64,000 nt of DNA. It comes from an uncultured bacterium (GTDB lineage: Bacteria; Zixibacteria; MSB-5A5; UBA10806). The translations under genes and the position numbers were made by a program. The notes below the pieces were generated by a model. That model saw only the letters and a program-made list of their open reading frames with translations, was not told the origin of the DNA and made no database searches. Below are positions 48,640 to 56,876 of this stretch, in pieces. Position 1 is the first letter of the stretch. Every line of letters starts with the position of its first letter. Where the stretch lies: assembly GCA_965541585.1 (NCBI GenBank), contig CBEUCH010000008.1, positions 32,001-96,000 of the forward strand, given 5' to 3'.

Positions 48640-51183
48640 ATGAAGATCGAAAGGCTCCAGCGGTTCGGAATCCCGGAGCAGGTTATAAAACGGTGGTCTG
48701 CAGACGGCATACGATTCCTGCTGCCATTGCAGGCGGAATCGGTTAATCGCTATGCTCTTCTTGACGGCGAAAGCCTGATAATCAGCGGGCCGGGAACATC
48801 CGGTAAGACATTTTGCGGGGAGATGGCCACGCTGCACCAGGCGGCATCGAGAAAGAAAGCTATATTTCTAGTGCCGTTGAAGGCCATCGCGGAGGAAAAA
48901 TACCGGCTGTTTACGAAAAGATATTCGCCGCTGGGGCTTAAGATAAGGCTGGCCACAAGAGACCATGCGGAATACGGTCACGAAATCTCCAGGGCCGATT
49001 ATGATATCCTGATAACCATCTATGAGAAACTCAATTCATTGACTGCTACAGACGTCTCGATTATCAAAAACACCGGCTGTTTTATTCTCGATGAGTTTCA
49101 GCTGATATCCGATCCCGGCAGAGGGCCGGAGATCGAGATCGTGATTGCCAAGATAAGAGCTTTCAATCCCGACGCCCAGCTTGTCATACTGATGGGCGGA
49201 GGGTCGTCGCCTGAGAATATCTCCCGTTGGCTGGGATTGCCGGCGCTGGAAGAAACACGCCGTCCGGTGGATCTTCGGCTGGGAGTTTTACACAGAGGCA
49301 CCTTTCATTTTCGCGGTTTTAACGATCTGACCGAGGGCGATGAGCGCTGGCTGGAGGAGAGGCAGATCGATTACGACGGTCCCCTCGATGACCAGGGTGC
49401 GGCGGCCATCGAGATTCTCGCCGGGCGAGAAGAGCAGATAATCATTTTCACATCGACAAGGAAGAAGGCGACCGGGTTGGCATCGTATCTTGCCGAACGG
49501 TTGGATCTTCCGGCAGCCCGGGAATCCTTAAAGGGGATATCGGAACTGGCGCCATCCGTGCAGAATGAGCGTCTGGCGGAATGCCTGCGGAACGGTGTTG
49601 CGTTTCATCATGCCGAACTCAATAGCGAGCAAAGGCAGTTGGTCGAGGACGGGTTTCGCCGGGGGGAGATCAGGATTCTGTCGTCGACAACAACATTGGC
49701 CTCGGGCGTGAATCTTCCGGCAAAAAATGTGTTTGTAGAGACCATGAAATACGACGGTATCCGATCATCGAACTGCAGGGAAGCGCTGGTTCCGATTTCG
49801 GGAGTCGATTTTCAGCAGGCGGCGGGGCGCGCCGGACGGTTGGGAGTGGGGGATAAGTTCGGCCGGGCGGTGATGATTGCGGCTACTCCATATGAACATG
49901 AAGTTCTCTGGAATCAATATGTCTATGCCCAAAATGAGGATACGAAGTCCGGCCTGGCGAGAAGGCAGATGCCCGATCTGGCAATGCGCCTTATAGCCTC
50001 CGGTATAGCCTTTTCCTCAGATGAGGTAGTCTGCTCCATGGGAAATCTATTCGGGGTCTTCTGTTTGAACGAGAATAGCGGCATCTCAAATTCTGTGGGA
50101 TCCGCGATGGCTTATCTCGAAAAAGGGGGGCTTATTCAATTCGAGAAGGCGGGCAGTATCGTGCCAACCTCGCTGGGAATCATCGCTTGCTCGACAGGAT
50201 TCTCAGTGGGATCGATTATCAGGATCAATGAGACGCTCGATAGATGTATAATAAAAGAACCGTTAGAGTGGCTCTATTTCGCTTTCGGCCTGAGCGAATG
50301 GTCGAAGACAGGTGGATTTTATAATCCGAGAGGCGCATCAGATACTGTTTTGCTTCATCAGATCGATGAGTTAACCGAGGAGTTGTCTGTTCGGTCAGAG
50401 TATATTGCATCGCAGGTGAAATCTTATAAAGAGCGGTCGGTTGTGCGATCGTTATCATCGTTTCTGTTCGCGCTGGAGTGGGTCGCCGGCAGGCCGACTC
50501 GTGAAATGGAGATCGCCTTTAACAAGGGCAGCGGAGGACTCAAACGCGACGCACGGACATTATCCTGGATTCTGACAGCAATCGAAAAGGTCATTCGCAG
50601 TGAGGAATCGGCGTCCGAATCATATAATATGGTCGCCGGTGAACTGAATCAACTTGCTGCCAGAATGAGACATGGTGTCATCGCAGCGATGTTGCCTCTG
50701 GCGAGGATTCTCGATATCGACAGAGAATTTGTTCAGCGGCTTTATAACATGGGGATCAGGTCGGTGGATGATTTTCACGATATCGATTATTCGGTTCTAA
50801 AGGAGATGTTACCGCTAACCGTTGTTGAGAAAATCCAGAATCGTCTCAAGAACTATAATCAGCGAATATCATCGCCGGATAAGCTGACTCCCTCTCAGAA
50901 AAGGAGTGAAGTTTTATTCACCGGCAAAAACAGAAAGCTCTTGAGGGAAATAAATATCTGCGGCAAATCAATATTCTTACAGGCGAAATTATATTCTTAT
51001 ATGCAAAAACTCTGGTGGGGGAATCTGTCGGAAAATCCCTGGATACACAAAGAGAGCCTCGAACCGGGGATCAACCAGGCGAAATATGTAAGCAAGCTTA
51101 GAAGAATATTGAAAGAAAGCGGTATAAAGATAGAGATAGTTTCCAACGGCCGCGGATATTATCGCTTGGTTCTACATAGCTGA
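48640..51183 (+). CDS. Ski2/Hel308-like SF2 helicase with atypical motifs and C-terminal OmpR-like winged-helix domain
   Basis: GI..L.PLQ, GTSGKT, VPLKAIA.EK, DEFQ, RPVDL, GVAFHHA, TLASGVNLPA, QAAGRAGR, HhH (RLYNMGIRS), YVSKLRRIL...NGRGYYRL. Confidence 0.88.
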   Translation: MKIERLQRFGIPEQVIKRWSADGIRFLLPLQAESVNRYALLDGESLIISGPGTSGKTFCGEMATLHQAASRKKAIFLVPLKAIAEEKYRLFTKRYSPLGLKIRLATRDHAEYGHEISRADYDILITIYEKLNSLTATDVSIIKNTGCFILDEFQLISDPGRGPEIEIVIAKIRAFNPDAQLVILMGGGSSPENISRWLGLPALEETRRPVDLRLGVLHRGTFHFRGFNDLTEGDERWLEERQIDYDGPLDDQGAAAIEILAGREEQIIIFTSTRKKATGLASYLAERLDLPAARESLKGISELAPSVQNERLAECLRNGVAFHHAELNSEQRQLVEDGFRRGEIRILSSTTTLASGVNLPAKNVFVETMKYDGIRSSNCREALVPISGVDFQQAAGRAGRLGVGDKFGRAVMIAATPYEHEVLWNQYVYAQNEDTKSGLARRQMPDLAMRLIASGIAFSSDEVVCSMGNLFGVFCLNENSGISNSVGSAMAYLEKGGLIQFEKAGSIVPTSLGIIACSTGFSVGSIIRINETLDRCIIKEPLEWLYFAFGLSEWSKTGGFYNPRGASDTVLLHQIDELTEELSVRSEYIASQVKSYKERSVVRSLSSFLFALEWVAGRPTREMEIAFNKGSGGLKRDARTLSWILTAIEKVIRSEESASESYNMVAGELNQLAARMRHGVIAAMLPLARILDIDREFVQRLYNMGIRSVDDFHDIDYSVLKEMLPLTVVEKIQNRLKNYNQRISSPDKLTPSQKRSEVLFTGKNRKLLREINICGKSIFLQAKLYSYMQKLWWGNLSENPWIHKESLEPGINQAKYVSKLRRILKESGIKIEIVSNGRGYYRLVLHS

Positions 51184-51290
51184 GTCTATAGTCCCATTGC
51201 AATTCGCCGGTTTCCATGTCGGGAGCACAGATTTTCTATCCTTCAGGATGGAAGCTGCAGCGATATCCTGAGTGTATAACCTGTCCAACC

Positions 51291-51304
51291 TGCATTTGTT
51301 TTGC
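51291..51304 (+). promoter_or_regulatory. Repeated motif TGCATTTGTTTTGC upstream of the portal gene
   Basis: 13/14 identical to 54938-54951; both are followed by ATAATTGAAA. Confidence 0.5.
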
Positions 51305-51362
51305 TAAAGTCTTTTCCAATGGATAATTGAAATCAGCGAAAGCACCGCGCAAAGGAGCTCCG

Positions 51363-52649
51363 ATGTTCGGATTGCCGTTTCTAAAAAAAAGGGAAAATAG
51401 AAAGAAAAGCCCTCGCGCCGACCTGGCCCAGCGAGCGAAGATCATCAAGCCTCGCCGTCCCCGGCATAAGGCGGGAGCATCATTGAAGGATGACTATGCC
51501 CGGATCAGCTTCCCGGCCGATTACGGCTATTATGAGAGAATCACACTGTATCGATTCCTGCGGGAGCAGATTCCGGTGGTCAATGGCGCCATTTGGATCT
51601 GGGTACGCCTCTGCTCCAGCCCCATGGAATTTCACCCGTCCGCCAGCGACCGGGAGGCGGATATTACAAGACTGAATTCGGCCGTAGATGATCTCAACCT
51701 GCGCCTGGCGCCGAATCCCTATTATAAATCGGGCGGGCTGGAACGGCTCTCCGATCTTTTCTTCAGTTCATTATTTGTCGATGGGGCCTTTGCAGGCAAT
51801 ATCGAGGTCGGCAGCGACGGCCGGCTGATCGGCTTTTTGCCGGTCGACGTGCGAAAATTGACGTTCGAATACGACGATGGCTGGAAGATTTATCATGAAT
51901 CAGATGAGGGCAAGAGGCTCTTGGATCCGGCCAACTTCATCTATATACCGCTGGACGATGACTCCATCGATCCGCGCGGAAAAAGCATCCTCCAGTCCAT
52001 AGGCTTCGTCAGCCGTCTGGAACAGAAGCTTCTGGATGATATGCAGAAATCACAGGAGAAGGCGGGATATAACAGGCTTCACGTCCTGATCAACAAACCG
52101 GAACGCCGGATGGGCGAATCGGAGAACGATTTTCACGATCGCGCCAACAGCTATTTCGATGATACGGTTGGCCTTTTCTCCGGCATAAAGCCCTCGGATT
52201 CGGTAGTGACCTGGGATGATATCGAAATCAAGACTGTGGCGCCGTCTGGAGGGGCAACAGCGGCAACCCACTCGTGGTACCTGGCGCACCGGGCCGTTGT
52301 GGAGGATGTTTGCGCCGGCGTTCATCTCGATCCCTTTATGTTGGGATATTCATACGGCAGCACCAGGAGCTGGGCGCAATTCAAATTCGAACTGGTTTTA
52401 AGGCAGGTGATTTCCGTCCAGAAGCTGGCGGTTCGATTCTTCGAGTGGCTCGTTAATACGCATCTCACCCTGTCAGGAGTAAACCTGAAAGCCTCCGTCA
52501 ATTTCAATAACGACAGGATAGACGGCGCTCTCGAGAGATACCAATCGGAACATGAGGAGGCTCGCCGCGTGCTGGAATTATACGAGGCCGGATTGTTTTC
52601 CAAGGAGGAGGCCCGCTCCCGCGTTTTCCGAATCGAGGGGGATAATTGA
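51363..52649 (+). CDS. Phage portal protein (putative)
   Basis: AAGGAG RBS; about 430 aa; LYRFLRE..PVV.GAI, G.SIL, PFMLG features; position beside the terminase. Confidence 0.72.
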   Translation: MFGLPFLKKRENRKKSPRADLAQRAKIIKPRRPRHKAGASLKDDYARISFPADYGYYERITLYRFLREQIPVVNGAIWIWVRLCSSPMEFHPSASDREADITRLNSAVDDLNLRLAPNPYYKSGGLERLSDLFFSSLFVDGAFAGNIEVGSDGRLIGFLPVDVRKLTFEYDDGWKIYHESDEGKRLLDPANFIYIPLDDDSIDPRGKSILQSIGFVSRLEQKLLDDMQKSQEKAGYNRLHVLINKPERRMGESENDFHDRANSYFDDTVGLFSGIKPSDSVVTWDDIEIKTVAPSGGATAATHSWYLAHRAVVEDVCAGVHLDPFMLGYSYGSTRSWAQFKFELVLRQVISVQKLAVRFFEWLVNTHLTLSGVNLKASVNFNNDRIDGALERYQSEHEEARRVLELYEAGLFSKEEARSRVFRIEGDN

Positions 52650-52650
52650 T

Positions 52651-53136
52651 ATGGCCGGTGCCGACTGCACAATCTGCGAATCGCCGTTGCGAACAGAGAT
52701 CGAGAGCAAAGATACCGCCTGGAAGGCCGACAGGACCATTCAGTGGGCAAGAAAGCATGGCGTGCGAATAAGCAGGTTTTCACTGGCCAGGCATCGCACT
52801 AACCATTTAAATTCGACGAGAATTAGCGCAAAGAAAAAACCTCCGGATAAAATCGTCGAACCTCAGGCCAAAACGAAGCAAATAAAAAGTGATGCCTCCA
52901 TTAGCCCGAATCCCGTATCGGATCTGGAATTTCTCAATGCGGTACGCGACAGGGTTTATGAAAAATTAAAAGAAGGCGAATTCGACCTGAAGATCGAATC
53001 GGCGTTCAAGGCTATCGAGATTAAGAATAAGATATCCGACGAGTCTCAAAACGAAAAACTTCTATTAGAAATTCTGGCGGAGATCCGGACCGAGGAACTC
53101 GGCCGCCTCAAGCAGAGCCGGAGAGCTGCAATCTGA
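52651..53136 (+). CDS. Putative terminase small subunit (CxxC...H-x3-H plus HTH)
   Basis: CTICESPLR.EIE...ISRFSLARHRTNH, helical C-terminus, directly upstream of TerL. Confidence 0.55.
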   Translation: MAGADCTICESPLRTEIESKDTAWKADRTIQWARKHGVRISRFSLARHRTNHLNSTRISAKKKPPDKIVEPQAKTKQIKSDASISPNPVSDLEFLNAVRDRVYEKLKEGEFDLKIESAFKAIEIKNKISDESQNEKLLLEILAEIRTEELGRLKQSRRAAI

Positions 53137-53197
53137 TTCTATTTCGCAGTTCGGGTATCGATCATATCGATTTAATATCTTTTTTGTAACAGAGCCT

Positions 53198-54538
53198 ATG
53201 GTAAAAAGAGATCCGCTCGAATCCGGGCGAAGCTGGCGAAAAGCGGTAACGGACCCGGTCTATTTTGCCCGCGCTTTTCTGGATTTGAATCCTCATCCGG
53301 GACAGGCCAGGTGGCTTGAGAATTCGACGGGCTCGGAAAACGCGCTGGTAACGGGCAACCGCTGGGGTAAATCGCAAATACAGGCCGTTAAGCTTTTGCA
53401 TCGTGCCGTCTTTCAAATCAGGCCGATCGATCGCGATATCGACCGTTACTACCGTTGCGCTAACGTCTCCATCACCCAGGATCAGGCAAGCATAGTCTTT
53501 GCGAAGATGCTGGATCTGATAAACAGATCCGAGCCGCTGACTGCTCTTGTGAAAAATATCAGGCAGACTCCTTTCCCTCACATAGTCTTCAAAAACGGCT
53601 CGGAGATCTGGGCACGATCGACGCAGAACAGGGGGGAGTATATCCTGGGGCATGATTTCGACTATATCAATTTCGACGAAGCGGCCTATGAGCCGTTCGG
53701 GGATTGGGTAGTGGACGGCGTGATCAAGCTACGGTTGGCCGACAGGGATGGGACATTAGATCTTTCCTCGACGCCAAACGGTTTGAACTGGTTTTACAAG
53801 CGATGTGAACTCATCAAAAAGCAAATGCGCGGATTTGTGATGCGCGGCTCGACATTTGAAAATCCTCACCTGGCGAAGAATTATCTGGAGGATCTAAAAC
53901 GAGGTTTAACCGAGTCGAGGGTAGCACAGCATCTTCATGGCCGTTTCACCTCGTTCGAGGGGCGCCTTTTCCCGGACGATGTTATCAATCGCTGTTTAAT
54001 ATGCGATGCTCCCTCGTTGCGGGCGCCGAATCCGAAAGGTTTCTATATCCATGGATGGGATCTGGCCCGCAAGGTGACGTACACAGTGGGCATAACAATC
54101 GACGCCGGCTCACGTCCATTCAGGGTGATCGAAATAGCGCGGATGCAGAGGAAATGGCCGGTAACGATTAGTTCTATTAAGGAAAGGCATCGGAAATATG
54201 GCGGCGTAACGATTATCGATTCCACCGGTCTCGGGGATGTCGTCCTGGCGGAGTTGAACGATATCGGTGCGGTCGGCTTCAATTTCGGCGGCGGAAATCG
54301 TGATTTACTGCTGGCCAATCTCGAGCGGGCCATTTACGCCGGAGATGTCGTCTGGCCCCATATCGACCTGCCGGATGACGGAGGCTCGACCTGGAGTCTG
54401 ACAGATGAAATCAGAGCTATGGATAAATTATATAAGAACGTCGGTGATGGCGTTTGCGCGCTCGCGCTGGCGTTGTGGCAGGTCAGAGAACGTTCGGCCG
54501 AATCCCCGTTTTTGAAATCATCGGTTGGCAGGTTTTGA
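53198..54538 (+). CDS. Terminase large subunit
   Basis: Q motif, GNRWGKS (Walker A), NFDEAA (Walker B), STPNG, nuclease GWDLA, DSTGLG, D..CALALA. Confidence 0.92.
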   Translation: MVKRDPLESGRSWRKAVTDPVYFARAFLDLNPHPGQARWLENSTGSENALVTGNRWGKSQIQAVKLLHRAVFQIRPIDRDIDRYYRCANVSITQDQASIVFAKMLDLINRSEPLTALVKNIRQTPFPHIVFKNGSEIWARSTQNRGEYILGHDFDYINFDEAAYEPFGDWVVDGVIKLRLADRDGTLDLSSTPNGLNWFYKRCELIKKQMRGFVMRGSTFENPHLAKNYLEDLKRGLTESRVAQHLHGRFTSFEGRLFPDDVINRCLICDAPSLRAPNPKGFYIHGWDLARKVTYTVGITIDAGSRPFRVIEIARMQRKWPVTISSIKERHRKYGGVTIIDSTGLGDVVLAELNDIGAVGFNFGGGNRDLLLANLERAIYAGDVVWPHIDLPDDGGSTWSLTDEIRAMDKLYKNVGDGVCALALALWQVRERSAESPFLKSSVGRF

Positions 54539-54579
54539 CCGGGGGATTTCTTTTTCCAGATACTATAAACATCTTTTCC

Positions 54580-54750
54580 TAAATAAGAGGAAGGCCGGCC
54601 TCAAGGAGGGAGGGAAAGACCGGCCTCTTTCGGCTAGCCCTTGCGGGCTTGCCATCGGACTGGCGCGACATTCGGCCATACGGTCGTCCGTATGGACGCC
54701 GTCAGGAGGAAGAAATTACGCTCAATTTATTTAAAAAGAACGCCTGTGCA
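54580..54750 (-). ncRNA. Candidate structured small RNA with anti-Shine-Dalgarno motifs
   Basis: Sigma54-like site upstream, stacked hairpins including a GCAA tetraloop, UUCCUCCU, and a CCCUCCCUCCUU loop in the terminal hairpin. Confidence 0.45.
54585..54630. terminator. Potentially bidirectional terminator hairpin after TerL
   Basis: AGGCCGGCCT/AGACCGGCCT 10-bp stem (G-U pair on the minus strand) with T-rich tracts on both strands. Confidence 0.55.
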
Positions 54751-54761
54751 TGTTATACGAG

Positions 54762-54777
54762 TGCAATAAATATGCCG
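54762..54777 (-). promoter_or_regulatory. Sigma54-like -24/-12 promoter (minus strand)
   Basis: CGGCATATTTATTGCA: GG-N10-GC spacing with TTGCA. Confidence 0.5.
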
Positions 54778-54937
54778 CCGGGACCGAGTATAAACTGCCT
54801 CTGCAAAAACCGGAAAGCCAGTATCTTATAAGGCTTGTTCAACGTCTGAGCACCCCGCCCGATGTGAAATGCTCTGCAGTGTTTCCTATTTTCGGTAGCT
54901 CTCTGCATAGGGACAGGTTGCTGAAATTCGTTCAAAA

Positions 54938-54951
54938 TGCATTTGATTTGC
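54938..54951 (+). promoter_or_regulatory. Repeated motif TGCATTTGATTTGC upstream of the prohead protease gene
   Basis: Near-identical to 51291-51304. Confidence 0.5.
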
Positions 54952-54982
54952 GATAGCTCCAATAATTGAAAGAGGAGGAGAT

Positions 54983-55789
54983 TTGGAAGGACTAAGAGAA
55001 ATACTGATAGGAAACCTCTCGGTAAGCCATCCCGACGAACGAATTGACTTTCTGGTGGGTCAAATCAATAAGAATATCAATCCCCCTCGAAAAGCGATGC
55101 TGGATAATGTCAATATCAGGGTCATGTATCTGTTAAATGATCTGGTTAATTCGCATGGCGGACGATTCGGGCAGGCCGATCTGGCAAGCCTTGGCAAATT
55201 AATTGTCGACACCCCGGTTTTGATCGGCCACGACAGGTCATCGGCGCCACTGGCCAGAAATTTCCATACAGAACTGGAGCGCAAGGAAGAAACGCTCTGG
55301 CTAAAAAGCTATTTCTATTGGCCAAAATCAAATGACGGTGAGTCCGATCAATTGCTGGAAAAGATCGACTCCGGAATTCTCAAGGAATGCTCCATATCAT
55401 TTGTTTATACCACGCCGGAGTGTTCTGACTGTGGTCAGGACATCAGGAGTTGCCCTCATGAAGCGAACGGCAAAAACGGTACGCACTTTATCTATAAAGG
55501 CATAACCCAGGTGCTGGAAACCTCGCTGGTCTCAAAAGGATCTGTAAAAGGGACTTACGTAACGGATAAATTGTCAGCTCACTCAGTCAGGAGTGTAACC
55601 ATCGGCGGAGACGGCTATATAATGGAACTGCCGGTTGCGGATAGCATGATTCATCAACAGGGAGCGGCAGTGTTATCCATAGAATCGCATGGGTGCCCGA
55701 CGCCCGAAATTATCGCTCATTCACCCGATATTATTGCTGCGCTGGCAATAAAAAATGATCGAGTCCATCTTCTGGTCAAATCAGCCTGA
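54983..55789 (+). CDS. Prohead (capsid maturation) protease-like protein
   Basis: GAGGAGG RBS, TTG start; PVLIGHD, I.SGILKECSISF, CSDCG..CPH, ETSLV. Confidence 0.72.
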   Translation: MEGLREILIGNLSVSHPDERIDFLVGQINKNINPPRKAMLDNVNIRVMYLLNDLVNSHGGRFGQADLASLGKLIVDTPVLIGHDRSSAPLARNFHTELERKEETLWLKSYFYWPKSNDGESDQLLEKIDSGILKECSISFVYTTPECSDCGQDIRSCPHEANGKNGTHFIYKGITQVLETSLVSKGSVKGTYVTDKLSAHSVRSVTIGGDGYIMELPVADSMIHQQGAAVLSIESHGCPTPEIIAHSPDIIAALAIKNDRVHLLVKSA

Positions 55790-56101
55790 ATGGAAATGAT
55801 TAGAATGAATCCCAGGGAATCGCTAATAAGATTCTTAATCACATTTGCAGTGACTATCGCTGCCGCCATATCAGGATATTTTGCGGCTTACACCGGATTG
55901 AGGGTGGAACTGGCCGGAAAGGCAGAAGAGCGTTATGTCTCGGCAATGGATATCAGGCTCTCCCGGCTGGAAGCGGTTATAAATGAAAGGTTCGCCACTA
56001 AAGAGGACCTGTCTGAATTTAAAGGAGAGGTTATCAGCAAGCTTATCGCCATTGAAGCCTTTTTATCAAATCAAAATTGGCCCCCCGAAACAAATATGTA
56101 A
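55790..56101 (+). CDS. Small membrane protein with coiled coil
   Basis: One TM helix, then RLE...FATKEDL..F. Confidence 0.55.
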   Translation: MEMIRMNPRESLIRFLITFAVTIAAAISGYFAAYTGLRVELAGKAEERYVSAMDIRLSRLEAVINERFATKEDLSEFKGEVISKLIAIEAFLSNQNWPPETNM

Positions 56102-56134
56102 TTGCAGGAAATCCAGCATCTGCGAGGAGGAACG

Positions 56135-56380
56135 TTGGAAATAGATAAGACCATTGAGAAGATCAAGAATATAAAATCTGCTCTCGACACCGCCTTCGAC
56201 GAAGGAAGGATTGACCTGGATCGGATTTCAGCCGGCCTTGAATCCGCGGTTGCCGATCTGAAAGCCATTAGCGGCCGGCAAAAGGGGAAAGATCACAGGT
56301 CCGGGATTCAACGAGAGATCAGTCCCCTGGTCAACTGCCCCGAACGCAGACCGTCTCTTCTGGTCGAGGATTACCGCTGA
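56135..56380 (+). CDS. Small helical protein, possible scaffold fragment
   Basis: GAGGAGG RBS before TTG 56135; coiled-coil-like; lies between the protease and head genes. Confidence 0.45.
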   Translation: MEIDKTIEKIKNIKSALDTAFDEGRIDLDRISAGLESAVADLKAISGRQKGKDHRSGIQREISPLVNCPERRPSLLVEDYR

Positions 56381-56434
56381 ATATGAACCTGAAATAAAAA
56401 ATGATTTGAAGATAAAAATCAAAAAGGAGAATCG

Positions 56435-56857
56435 ATGAGTGTAAGAGAACAAAACTTGCAGACCGTTGGCTTTATGACGGCCACGTTCAAAATCCATCAG
56501 ACCGCCAGCGAGGATGATTTAAAAGACGCGGATATCGGCAAGGCGGTCGCCATGACGGGCAATTACGAGGTCGGTCCTGGTTCCGATGGCGATGTGTTGA
56601 TCGGTAAACTGATACATCTATCGTTGACCGATGCAGACGTCGGGAAGAGGGTGGCTACCGTCCAGATCGGCGGAATCTGCACGCTGGCCGCGGCCGCCAC
56701 GGTGCCGTCCGTAGGAGATCGTGTAGTGGTTGACGGTAGCGGCGCAGTGAGACAGGCCCCGGCGCTGGCAACCGATGACCCGGCCGGGGGGAACGTGGCG
56801 CGCGGAACTGTCATCGATGTCAACGGCACCTCGGAAGTAACATTAATTCTTGGATAA
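56435..56857 (+). CDS. Head decoration/cement-like protein
   Basis: 140-aa Gly/Ala/Val-rich beta protein (GKAV, ATVQ.GG, DG.G.V) directly upstream of the capsid gene. Confidence 0.6.
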   Translation: MSVREQNLQTVGFMTATFKIHQTASEDDLKDADIGKAVAMTGNYEVGPGSDGDVLIGKLIHLSLTDADVGKRVATVQIGGICTLAAAATVPSVGDRVVVDGSGAVRQAPALATDDPAGGNVARGTVIDVNGTSEVTLILG

Positions 56858-56876
56858 GAATCAACAGGGAGAAAAG

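Noticed and set aside
54525..54962. Short ORFs in the TerL-protease gap
   Set aside because: Mutually overlapping, mostly lacking a convincing RBS, and lying over hairpins and promoter-like motifs.
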